A stretch of DNA of 64,000 nucleotides from Candidatus Enterousia sp. (lineage in GTDB: Bacteria > Pseudomonadota > Alphaproteobacteria > Rs-D84), in contig JAZLBQ010000024.1 of NCBI GenBank assembly GCA_045613785.1, positions 1 to 64,000 on the forward strand, in the 5' to 3' direction. A model generated the notes under the pieces. The model was not told where the DNA came from. It did no database searches and worked only from the letters and a program-made list of their open reading frames with translations. Position numbers and translations under genes: made by a program. The stretch's first letter is position 1, and every line of letters starts with the position of its first letter. Shown in pieces: positions 56,658 through 64,000 of this stretch.

Positions 56658-57623
56658 TTATCGCGTATGTGGTTGTTTTAGCAAGGCGATTCCATCATGA
56701 AATTTTTCGCCGTTTAATAATGCTGTTTTTATGCGTTGACGTAGGTATGTGTCAGAAGGGTATTTGGATATGTCGGATGATGATGTGTTAAATAAAAATT
56801 TTGATAGACTGGATTCGGGCAGGTGTTGCAGTGTTTCAAAACGCTCGCGAAATAAACGGATGTTTGATTCTGTGGGCAGATAAGGTTCTAGATTTTTATC
56901 CATCAGCCAACTGTCAATAAACATGTCGGGGTGTTTGGGGGCTTCTGGGAAATATGTAGGGATCTTTTTGTGGGCATTTGCCAGTGATTTTGAAACCGAA
57001 TCGTTTGATAATTTCTGACCACGTGGTACATGAATGTTTATGCAATATTCGTGTTTAGGGGTAATGTTTGGAATCTGGTAATCGTATTTTATCAATTCAT
57101 ATTGCAGACGTCCAAATTCGATAATGTGTGCATTGATAAAAAAACTGCCCCAGATTAGTTGTGATATTTCAGAACCTTGTATTTTATATACGTCCAGACC
57201 GCGTGTGCATGTTTCATTTATTCTGTATCTGTGTTTGTTTTCTTGATAGTCATCAAATTTTCTGGATTCCATGTTATCTTGGTGTGTTTTATAGCCTGAC
57301 AGCAGTATTAATGCGGGTAGGGGGTCAATCGTTTTTCGTTTTAAATCATGTGTCCAGTTGTATTTGTTTGGTGCAAATAAATAATTGCTTAGAATGTATG
57401 CGCCGGCTTGTAAGTTGGAATTAGAATTAAATTGTGCTGTATATTCACGGAATAATTTTTGAAATTCTGTGTGCTCATTTAGATTGTAAAATTGCAAGGC
57501 TGAATCAAAATCAATCGAATTTAACCAATTTCTGATTTTGTCTGGCGATGCGTCAATATTGGATATGTCGTGTGGGATGGTTGTGAAACCAATTTTTTCT
57601 AATATTGCTGAATTGTTTACCAT
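56658..57623 (-). CDS. Acyltransferase-domain (GNAT-like) protein
   Basis: 'FGRLQYE', 'NIHVPRG.KL....V..S', 'SWLMD..L..YLP.ESNI..F', 'T.LRQ'. Confidence 0.7.
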   Translation of the reverse strand: MVNNSAILEKIGFTTIPHDISNIDASPDKIRNWLNSIDFDSALQFYNLNEHTEFQKLFREYTAQFNSNSNLQAGAYILSNYLFAPNKYNWTHDLKRKTIDPLPALILLSGYKTHQDNMESRKFDDYQENKHRYRINETCTRGLDVYKIQGSEISQLIWGSFFINAHIIEFGRLQYELIKYDYQIPNITPKHEYCINIHVPRGQKLSNDSVSKSLANAHKKIPTYFPEAPKHPDMFIDSWLMDKNLEPYLPTESNIRLFRERFETLQHLPESSLSKFLFNTSSSDISKYPSDTYLRQRIKTALLNGEKFHDGIALLKQPHTR

Positions 57624-57703
57624 ATGCTTTTTCCTTTTCCCATTGTGTAAAAGTATGTATTCTATAAGCATTTTATGGGAAATGTAAATAAGATTATAAA
57701 GGC

Positions 57704-57731
57704 TTGCATTTTCTGGAAAAAAGGATATAAT
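57704..57731 (+). promoter_or_regulatory. Putative sigma70 promoter for tRNA-Lys
   Basis: TTGCAT-16 nt-TATAAT followed by a GC-rich discriminator-like 'cgcgc'. Confidence 0.6.
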
Positions 57732-57759
57732 TATCGCGCTGATTGAAAAATATAGTTCT

Positions 57760-57835
57760 GGATGCGTAGCTCAGTTGGTAGAGCAACTGACTCTTAATCA
57801 GTGGGTCCAGGGTTCGAGTCCCTGCGCGTCCACCA
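57760..57835 (+). tRNA. tRNA-Lys (anticodon CTT)
   Basis: 76-nt cloverleaf: GGATGCG/CGCGTCC acceptor stem, AGCTCAGTTGGTAGAGC D arm, ACTGA-CT-CTT-AA-TCAGT anticodon arm, GGTTCGAGTCC T arm, encoded CCA. Confidence 0.97.
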
Positions 57836-57841
57836 GAAATT

Positions 57842-57870
57842 ACCGGTCGTAGTGCGACCGGTTTTTTATT
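57842..57870 (+). terminator. Terminator after the tRNA
   Basis: accggtcg-tagtg-cgaccggt-tttttattt. Confidence 0.85.
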
Positions 57871-57991
57871 TCCTAAAAAAACGAATCGATAGCAGGGATT
57901 CATACCTATGCAAAAGTGTTTTTCGCATTGGTAAAATAGAGGTGTTGACATGAAACTTTAATATAAAACAAAAATACAAAAAGGAGAGAAA

Positions 57992-58603
57992 ATGAAAAAG
58001 TTAGCTATTTCAACACTGGCGGTGCTACTTGCGTGCCCAGCGTTCGCAATGAATCACCCTGACCAGGGTAGCAGTTGGCAAATGTGGGGTATGGATCCTT
58101 ATATTGCTATGCGTGGGGGTATGAGCTATACAAACTTAAATTATAAATATGAAGGCAACAAGGAATCGATGACTGATTATATTTTCCAAGGACGTGCCGC
58201 ATTAGGTTTGGAAGTTTGTGATACTGTGCGTTCAGAAATTGAATGGACATACTTTGGTAAAACATCAGACCAGGAAAAATTCGGTGCAGCAGGTGGCATT
58301 GATGTAGAAGCAAAAATGCAGACCTTGTTGTGGAACAACTATATGGAATTTGGACCTTATAAAATGGTTCGACCATTTGTTGGTGTAGGTGCAGGTATCG
58401 CAATGACAGATGTTAAACGTCATGGTGATTTGGTGCCGCGTAAAAGCGAAAGCAAAACACGCTTTTCTGCAATGGGAACAATGGGTGTGACATTTGATAT
58501 GGAACGCTTTGCTGTTGATTTGGCAGCACGCTATACTTATGTTGATATCCAGTCAGGATTGCATAACTTTGGTGGTGATGTTGGTATCAGATTTATGTTC
58601 TGA
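57992..58603 (+). CDS. Small 8-stranded outer-membrane beta-barrel (opacity/OmpA-TM-like)
   Basis: Signal peptide, 'RSEIE', 'RPFVGVGAG', 'DLAARY', C-terminal 'GIRFMF'. Confidence 0.85.
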   Translation: MKKLAISTLAVLLACPAFAMNHPDQGSSWQMWGMDPYIAMRGGMSYTNLNYKYEGNKESMTDYIFQGRAALGLEVCDTVRSEIEWTYFGKTSDQEKFGAAGGIDVEAKMQTLLWNNYMEFGPYKMVRPFVGVGAGIAMTDVKRHGDLVPRKSESKTRFSAMGTMGVTFDMERFAVDLAARYTYVDIQSGLHNFGGDVGIRFMF

Positions 58604-58613
58604 TGTAAATCAC

Positions 58614-58689
58614 AAGAACGCCCCGTTTGGGGCGTTTCTTTGTGCCTTGTTTTATAAAAAAATAACCCCACAGTTTTGTGGGGCTTTTT
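58614..58689. terminator. Pair of terminators between convergent genes
   Basis: aacgcccc-gttt-ggggcgtt and ccccac-agtttt-gtgggg hairpins. Confidence 0.7.
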
Positions 58690-58701
58690 GTCGTGATTAT
58701 T

Positions 58702-59058
58702 TTAGGTTAGTTGTGCCAGGGCAAGTTTATTTAAAAAGCCAGATTCGATATCGCCAAGTAAGGATTTCTCGCCTTCGTTATTTTCGCCATCGGTCTGCAA
58801 TTCTTCAAGGTGGGAAATGATTGTTTCACAAGCCTTGACCAGGTTTTGATTTACATATTTTGGATTCAAGATGTCTGGTTTGAAAACTTTTTTATTATCG
58901 TTCGCCATAAAATATGTTTCTGCAATTGAATCGACCCAGGTGTCTATGTCTTCTTGGAGTCTGTCAAACAGCAAGTGTGCTGAATACTCGTCAGTTGACC
59001 AATGATTTAGTTTGCACGCATATTTAAACGCAATTAAATGTTGCATTAATTCATACAT
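58702..59058 (-). CDS. Short Dps/ferritin-like four-helix protein
   Basis: 'HW....YSAH.LFD.L.E.....D.IAE' ferroxidase-like pattern; start at MYELM behind aaagga. Confidence 0.7.
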   Translation of the reverse strand: MYELMQHLIAFKYACKLNHWSTDEYSAHLLFDRLQEDIDTWVDSIAETYFMANDNKKVFKPDILNPKYVNQNLVKACETIISHLEELQTDGENNEGEKSLLGDIESGFLNKLALAQLT

Positions 59059-59258
59059 TTTTGTTCCTTTTGGTTTGTAGCTGTAAAGCATTTTATAAAG
59101 TATCAAAATTGCTTTTTTATGTATATAGGATTGGTTTCTGAAAATACCGCTATACGCAAGGCTTCTGGGAAAAATTAGGTATTCAAACCTGGGGTAATCA
59201 ATAAAAAAATATAGTAAACTATGTTGCGTCCACACAAAGGAACAAAAAGGAGAAAATT

Positions 59259-59816
59259 ATGAAAAACTTTACAAAAAAAATCTTTATGTTTGCGTCAATG
59301 TTAGGGGCAGCAGTTTTGTTGTCTGGTTGTATGATGGAATGTCCAAATAAAAAAATGGCTCATCATAAAAAGGTTCAACGTGCACATCCAGTAGAAATAG
59401 TTGAGGAAACTGAAGCAATCGTCGTTTATCAGACATACGAAAATGCAGATATAAATAGCGTTTATGCAAAAATGTATACTCATAGTAGCCATGGCGGCGA
59501 ATCTAAAATGGGACATATCAAGTTCAAAGATACTGATAATGGGCTGAAAATGATGGTTGATTTGAAAGATATGCGACCAGGTGTTCAATATTATGTTAAA
59601 CTGTATCAATGTGCATCGTGCCACAATGATGCAAAGTGTTGCAATGAAGCAAAACGCTTTGATATGAATTTGCCAATGTTACAGACTGGAAAAAGTGGTC
59701 GGTTGAATCAGACTTATATGATTCAGGGTATGAGTGCCGCACAATTAAATGGTGCAAATATCTATCTGGAACGTGATGGTGGATATAAAGCAGGTTGGGG
59801 TAAGTTGGAAAAATAA
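59259..59816 (+). CDS. Lipoprotein with a Cu/Zn-SOD-like fold lacking metal ligands
   Basis: Lipobox LSGC; 'GHIKF.DT..GL...VDL..M.PG', 'NLPML....SG', 'L.GANIYL'. Confidence 0.6.
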   Translation: MKNFTKKIFMFASMLGAAVLLSGCMMECPNKKMAHHKKVQRAHPVEIVEETEAIVVYQTYENADINSVYAKMYTHSSHGGESKMGHIKFKDTDNGLKMMVDLKDMRPGVQYYVKLYQCASCHNDAKCCNEAKRFDMNLPMLQTGKSGRLNQTYMIQGMSAAQLNGANIYLERDGGYKAGWGKLEK

Positions 59817-59932
59817 TCTTTTGAACTTATTTATAACTGCTGTTGATAAATCGCCCCAGAAAGTTGGGGCGTTTTTCTTTTAGTTCTTTAAGAATATATT
59901 CAGGTGTGTTAGTATGTCGCCAGAGAAAAAGA

Positions 59933-61474
59933 ATGAGATTATTTTGCTTTTTTTGGGCGGTATGTTTTATGACTGTTGATGCCTCTTTTGGGGCAACAGT
60001 TGTGTCTGACGTTTATGGCGGACCAATAAGTTGTCGGACTGATTTTATTATTATGGAAAATGTTTCTTTTGGGCCGGATTCAGTGATGATTCAAGGGTCT
60101 GTGCAGATTGAAAATCGTGGTATGTTTCACAGCGATATTGTTGTGTGTGATGGGTGTAATTTATATGTGAGAAATAGTGGCGATTTTACTGCAAAAGTCC
60201 AGTTGGGAAACAATGCACAGGTAATCGCAGTTGTTGCAGAGCAGGCGGATATTTCAAACCTGAATATCGATTCGGAATATAGTGTTTTGGTACGTGGTGC
60301 AGATGGTATTAGTTTGGGCGATGTTGTTGAAAATTTTTCTGAGGCAAATCGAATTATATTAAATGACAGTTTTGTAGATATTACAGGGCTAAATTTAGAA
60401 TCTGATATTAGTATAGAATTAGACGGAAATGTTAGTTTTTATCTGGATGATTTAACAGAGTTTTATGCTGCTGGTATTCTTGAAAATCTTTCTGGTTGTG
60501 GAACAGTTACTTTCCTTGATAATTCAACAGATTCAATGTTTGTTGATGTCGGTATTGTTAAGGATGGTGTAATAGAGGTGCATCGTGAACGTGAGAAAAA
60601 TTATGTTCGTGTGCTGGGAAATGATAAACGTGCGATGCTGCTAAATCGATTGAGGACAAGTAAAGCAAATGATAATTTGTTTGCTGCCTTGGATACGGCA
60701 CAGGATAGGGCAGGTCTGGAAAATATAATGCGGCATTCTGTGCATTTTAATTCAGATGTGTTGGTTTCTGCTGGTCGAATGTTAAATATGGGGTTGATGA
60801 TAAATAATTCAATGACGAATAAACTTGATATTCGTCCTTTTGGTTTGTTCGCAGATGATTTTATTGCTTATGGGCTGGATGTTGGAGCTGTTTATAATTT
60901 TGATAGCAGGTTAAAGATAGACGGACGTATTCGCACTGGTGAATTAAAATATAGGTCTGAAATTGATGCGTTTAATGCTTGGTTCAATGGTATTAGGATT
61001 GCGGCAGAATATCAGTTCCCAAAAGATGATTTTATCAATATAAGTTTTCAGGGAATAAAAATTAAAACCGATATAAACGAAGTCTTGTATGATAATAAAT
61101 TTATTTCGAATCCAGATGTGTTGTCAGGTGTTGCGACATTTGATTATGGGTGGAATTTAAATTTAAGCGATTCGATTTTTGTTAGACCGCAGGTTGGTAT
61201 CACAGCGTATTTAGACAAGGTTGCAGATGAAATAGAATTTAATTGGTCTGGTCGTGCAGGGGCTGAGTTTGGATATAGTTTTGAATCACTGGGGTTGCGG
61301 TATGACTATGGTATTTTGACCGAAGTTGGAACAGAAAATCAATATAGTGTTTTAGGTCGTATGTCTGTATGGTCTGAATTTGATATGGCAGGTGGCCAAA
61401 TAAGCATAGGTGCATTACAGACAGGGAATGTAAAGGCCTGGCAATTATCAGTTGGGGTAAATATCGGATTTTGA
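59933..61474 (+). CDS. Autotransporter-like outer-membrane protein
   Basis: Signal peptide, beta-rich passenger-like N-half, helical linker, C-terminal barrel ending 'GVNIGF'. Confidence 0.6.
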   Translation: MRLFCFFWAVCFMTVDASFGATVVSDVYGGPISCRTDFIIMENVSFGPDSVMIQGSVQIENRGMFHSDIVVCDGCNLYVRNSGDFTAKVQLGNNAQVIAVVAEQADISNLNIDSEYSVLVRGADGISLGDVVENFSEANRIILNDSFVDITGLNLESDISIELDGNVSFYLDDLTEFYAAGILENLSGCGTVTFLDNSTDSMFVDVGIVKDGVIEVHREREKNYVRVLGNDKRAMLLNRLRTSKANDNLFAALDTAQDRAGLENIMRHSVHFNSDVLVSAGRMLNMGLMINNSMTNKLDIRPFGLFADDFIAYGLDVGAVYNFDSRLKIDGRIRTGELKYRSEIDAFNAWFNGIRIAAEYQFPKDDFINISFQGIKIKTDINEVLYDNKFISNPDVLSGVATFDYGWNLNLSDSIFVRPQVGITAYLDKVADEIEFNWSGRAGAEFGYSFESLGLRYDYGILTEVGTENQYSVLGRMSVWSEFDMAGGQISIGALQTGNVKAWQLSVGVNIGF

Positions 61475-61475
61475 T

Positions 61476-62774
61476 TTAATCCGAAAATTTACCACGTAAT
61501 GATGCTTTGTTTGCTGATGTAATTGTAATGTTGGCAAGTTCTGGGGCGTTATCGACAGATGGAACAATGCACTGTTGCATAAAAGGTGTGCGATATACCA
61601 AATGTTTGCCTGTCTTGTCGGGGCCTTCGAGTAAGCATTGCAGGGTTTTATCAATGCAACTTTCGTTAAATTCACGTTGAACTTCGTTTAGATATGTGTC
61701 CAGACGTGCCAAGCGTGCGGCCTTGGTTGATTCTGGGATTTGATCTGGCATTAGTGCCGCTGCTGTGTGCGGACGTGGTGAATATTTGAACGAATATGAA
61801 TTGATATATTTTATTTGCTGGGCAATCTTCATTGTTTGTTCAAAGTCTTCATCAGTTTCACCAGGAAAACCAACAATAAAATCAGACGAGATTTGAATGT
61901 CAGGACGTGCCAATTTTAATTTGTTTATAATGTCGCAGTATAATTCCAGACTGTATGGACGGTTCATTCGTGATAGAACGTTTTGTGAGCCACTTTGGAT
62001 TGGCATGTTCAAAAATGGTAATAGTTTTGGTTCGATTTTGAACATTTCAATCAGGTCATCAGTCATTTCTGTTGGATAACTAGAAGTGAAACGTATACGT
62101 TGGATTTCTGGCATTTTTGCTGTTTCACGAATCAAATCAGACAGGCGATATGTCGTGCCGTTTTTATCGGTGTATTTATAGCCATTTACGTTCTGACCCA
62201 GGAAACAAATTTCAATTGCACCTGTTTTAGATGCGTGTAATGTTTCGGTAATAACCGATTCGAATGATCGAGATATTTCACGGCCACGTGTGTATGGAAC
62301 AATGCAATATGTGCAACAGTGATTACAACCTTCTTGGATTGGAATATAGGCAACACGTGGACTGCGTTCCATCTGGGGCAGAGAATCAAATTTTTCCAAA
62401 CCGCCCAAATCAATGTTTAACAGACGTGCGTCTGGATTTTCCAGAATTTGTGGCAGTTTATGATAACTTTGTGGGCCTAGGACAAAGTTCAAATCAGGAA
62501 TGCGACGAAATGCATCGCTGCCTGATTCACGGGCAACACAACCAACAATTCCAAACAGGGCGGTCGGCTTTTTTGCACGACGTATGCGACCCAGGGCTGA
62601 AAAAACTTTGTCCGTGGCCTTGGCACGAACGGCACAGGTATTTAGGATAATTATATCTGCATCGGGAATGTTGTCCGTCTGGGTCAGACCATGATGCGTC
62701 AGCATTGCTGCAATACGCCACCCATCATAAACATTCATTTGACAGCCAAAAGTTTGGATAAAGAATTTTTTCAT
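61476..62774 (-). CDS. miaB: tRNA-2-methylthio-N6-dimethylallyladenosine synthase
   Basis: TFGCQMNVYD, NTCAVR, GCVA, QEGCNHCCTYCIVPYTRG, SDFIVGFPGE, FKYSPRP. Confidence 0.96.
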   Translation of the reverse strand: MKKFFIQTFGCQMNVYDGWRIAAMLTHHGLTQTDNIPDADIIILNTCAVRAKATDKVFSALGRIRRAKKPTALFGIVGCVARESGSDAFRRIPDLNFVLGPQSYHKLPQILENPDARLLNIDLGGLEKFDSLPQMERSPRVAYIPIQEGCNHCCTYCIVPYTRGREISRSFESVITETLHASKTGAIEICFLGQNVNGYKYTDKNGTTYRLSDLIRETAKMPEIQRIRFTSSYPTEMTDDLIEMFKIEPKLLPFLNMPIQSGSQNVLSRMNRPYSLELYCDIINKLKLARPDIQISSDFIVGFPGETDEDFEQTMKIAQQIKYINSYSFKYSPRPHTAAALMPDQIPESTKAARLARLDTYLNEVQREFNESCIDKTLQCLLEGPDKTGKHLVYRTPFMQQCIVPSVDNAPELANITITSANKASLRGKFSD

Positions 62775-62781
62775 TTGTTTC

Positions 62782-62955
62782 TTATTTGTTCTTGGTTCGT
62801 GTGTTGATAATTTTTTTGTTTATCTGTTTTTGTTTTGTGTTAAAAGCCCGCAAGGCATATTGCCGTTGGTATTTTTCAGACTTTGCAAGAATTTTACTTT
62901 GCGATTCGTGCATGCTCATTTGTTGCAGCATCGCCATAATTTCTTTTTGGGTCAT
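62782..62955 (-). CDS. Small basic hypothetical protein, 57 aa
   Basis: MTQKEIMAML...RTKNK; ATG 4 nt after the upstream stop; ends 7 nt before miaB. Confidence 0.5.
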   Translation of the reverse strand: MTQKEIMAMLQQMSMHESQSKILAKSEKYQRQYALRAFNTKQKQINKKIINTRTKNK

Positions 62956-62959
62956 TGGC

Positions 62960-63208
62960 TTATCTGTGTTTTGTTCTGGTTGCGTCCTGTATGCGTTTTT
63001 TTGCCGCAGACATTTTAGTTTGCCATGAACGACCTGGCTGTTTAATAACAGGAGCCTGTTGTGGGGCAGGTTGTGGTGCAGCTGCAATAGATGTTTTTTT
63101 GTTTGGTGTGTGAATAGAAGTTGTTTCGACAATGTCAGGAATTTCTACTAGTCCGTATTGAACGCCTGTGATGCAGTTGTTTTCAATGATTTTGATAACT
63201 TTGGTCAT
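62960..63208 (-). CDS. Small hypothetical protein, 82 aa
   Basis: ATG behind aaagga, directly after gatB. Confidence 0.6.
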   Translation of the reverse strand: MTKVIKIIENNCITGVQYGLVEIPDIVETTSIHTPNKKTSIAAAPQPAPQQAPVIKQPGRSWQTKMSAAKKRIQDATRTKHR

Positions 63209-63226
63209 AATTTTTCCTTTTTGTTT

Positions 63227-64000
63227 TTATGCTAATTTTGCGCGTAAGATTTCGTTTACAACGGCTGGGTTTGCAGTGCCACCTGTTTTCTTCATAACAT
63301 TTCCAACAAAGAAACCCAAGAGGCCAACCTTGCCTGATTTGTATTGTTCTACCTGAGATGGATTGGCAGCGATGACTTCGTCAACGATTGCTTCGATTGC
63401 ACCAGTGTCTGTCATTTGTTTCATGCCGTATTTGTCAGCAATTTCACGTGGTGTTCCCGATTCGCCGTCCAGCATTTTGATGAAGATTTCTTTGGCCTGT
63501 TTGCCGTTGATTGTGTTTTCGCTAATCATATCGACCAGTTCTGATAAGTCAGATGGGGTGATTATACGCATTTCATCGACAATACCTGATTTCTGATTTT
63601 TTACATCCCAATTTTCAGGGTGTGCAAACAGTTCACTTATCATCCAGTTGGCGATTGATTTTGCGTTCTGTTTTTTGCCGTTTACAGCGGCGTCATACCA
63701 GTGTGAAATGTCAACTGTTTCGGTAAGTCTTGCCGCATCATATTCGGACAGCCCGAAATCCGCTGTATAGCGTGCACGGGTCGCTGATGGTAGTTCTGGC
63801 ATTGTTGAACGTATGCGTTCGATTTGTTCGTCGGTGATTTCCACAGGCAACAGGTCTGGGTCTGGGAAATAACGATAATCCAGTGCGTCTTCCTTGCTTC
63901 GCATTACAGATGTTGTGCCGTCGTCCTGGTGAAAACGCATTGTGTCTTGGGAAACAGTGCCGCCGTTTTCATAAGCCTCTATCTGGCGGCGTGCTTCATA
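63227..64000 (-). CDS. gatB: Asp/Glu-tRNA amidotransferase subunit B, C-terminal part (truncated by window end)
   Basis: YEARRQ, MRSKEDALDYRYFPDPDL, MPELP, ANW, GFFVGNVMK..GG.ANP; frame is open to the window end. Confidence 0.97.
   Translation of the reverse strand, partial: YEARRQIEAYENGGTVSQDTMRFHQDDGTTSVMRSKEDALDYRYFPDPDLLPVEITDEQIERIRSTMPELPSATRARYTADFGLSEYDAARLTETVDISHWYDAAVNGKKQNAKSIANWMISELFAHPENWDVKNQKSGIVDEMRIITPSDLSELVDMISENTINGKQAKEIFIKMLDGESGTPREIADKYGMKQMTDTGAIEAIVDEVIAANPSQVEQYKSGKVGLLGFFVGNVMKKTGGTANPAVVNEILRAKLA

Noticed and set aside
57694-57951. 85-aa minus-strand ORF
   Set aside because: It is the antisense reading of tRNA-Lys and its terminator.
57790-61474. Integrative element at tRNA-Lys
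   Set aside because: No duplicated tRNA 3' end and no integrase seen.
62782-63208. Programmed frameshift or pseudogene joining the overlapping 82-aa and 116-aa ORFs
   Set aside because: An ATG at 62955, just after the first stop, explains it more simply as two consecutive small genes.
399-63596. Numerous 60-180 aa ORFs overlapping recognised genes
   Set aside because: Antisense or off-frame shadows with no motifs, RBS or independent support.

Overview
This is a gene-dense, AT-rich bacterial chromosome segment with a G/T-rich + strand. The gene set (MucR/Ros, secB-mltA, DnaJ-like protein next to xerD, tatBC-nlpD/dipM, DUF721) points to an alphaproteobacterium. Collapsed and shuffled operons suggest a streamlined, probably host- or gut-associated uncultured lineage (inference). 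Most of the window is housekeeping: aspS (3' end), uvrB, tsaE, ftsA/ftsQ, xerD, lptG, greA, mutL, yajC-secDF, ftsK, secB, mltA, ruvC, rarA, trmB, gltX, thrS, tatA/B/C, dksA, trxA, suf genes, ftsL-ftsI, recJ, nrnA, lolA, miaB, gatB (3' end) and tRNA-Lys(CTT). I saw no transposase, prophage or CRISPR array. Points that stand out: (1) a four-gene operon with a membrane-anchored inactive PD-(D/E)xK-like protein, a degenerate HNH toxin-like protein, a SUKH/SMI1-KNR4 immunity-like protein and an RHH protein; (2) two in-frame fusions, FtsA-Rpe and YbeY-Lnt; (3) an unannotated, apparently leaderless leader peptide with six Thr codons upstream of thrS; (4) two tandem 92-nt hairpin units after ftsK with conserved flanks and geometry but different stem sequences; (5) a candidate structured ncRNA after tsaE; (6) several probable pseudoenzymes (S41 protease, DeoC-like, SodC-like); (7) a lysozyme-like/TPR membrane protein; (8) a membrane-anchored lactate oxidase; (9) a cluster of Cys-rich secreted and beta-barrel proteins. 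All family calls come from reading motifs by eye; no database search was run.
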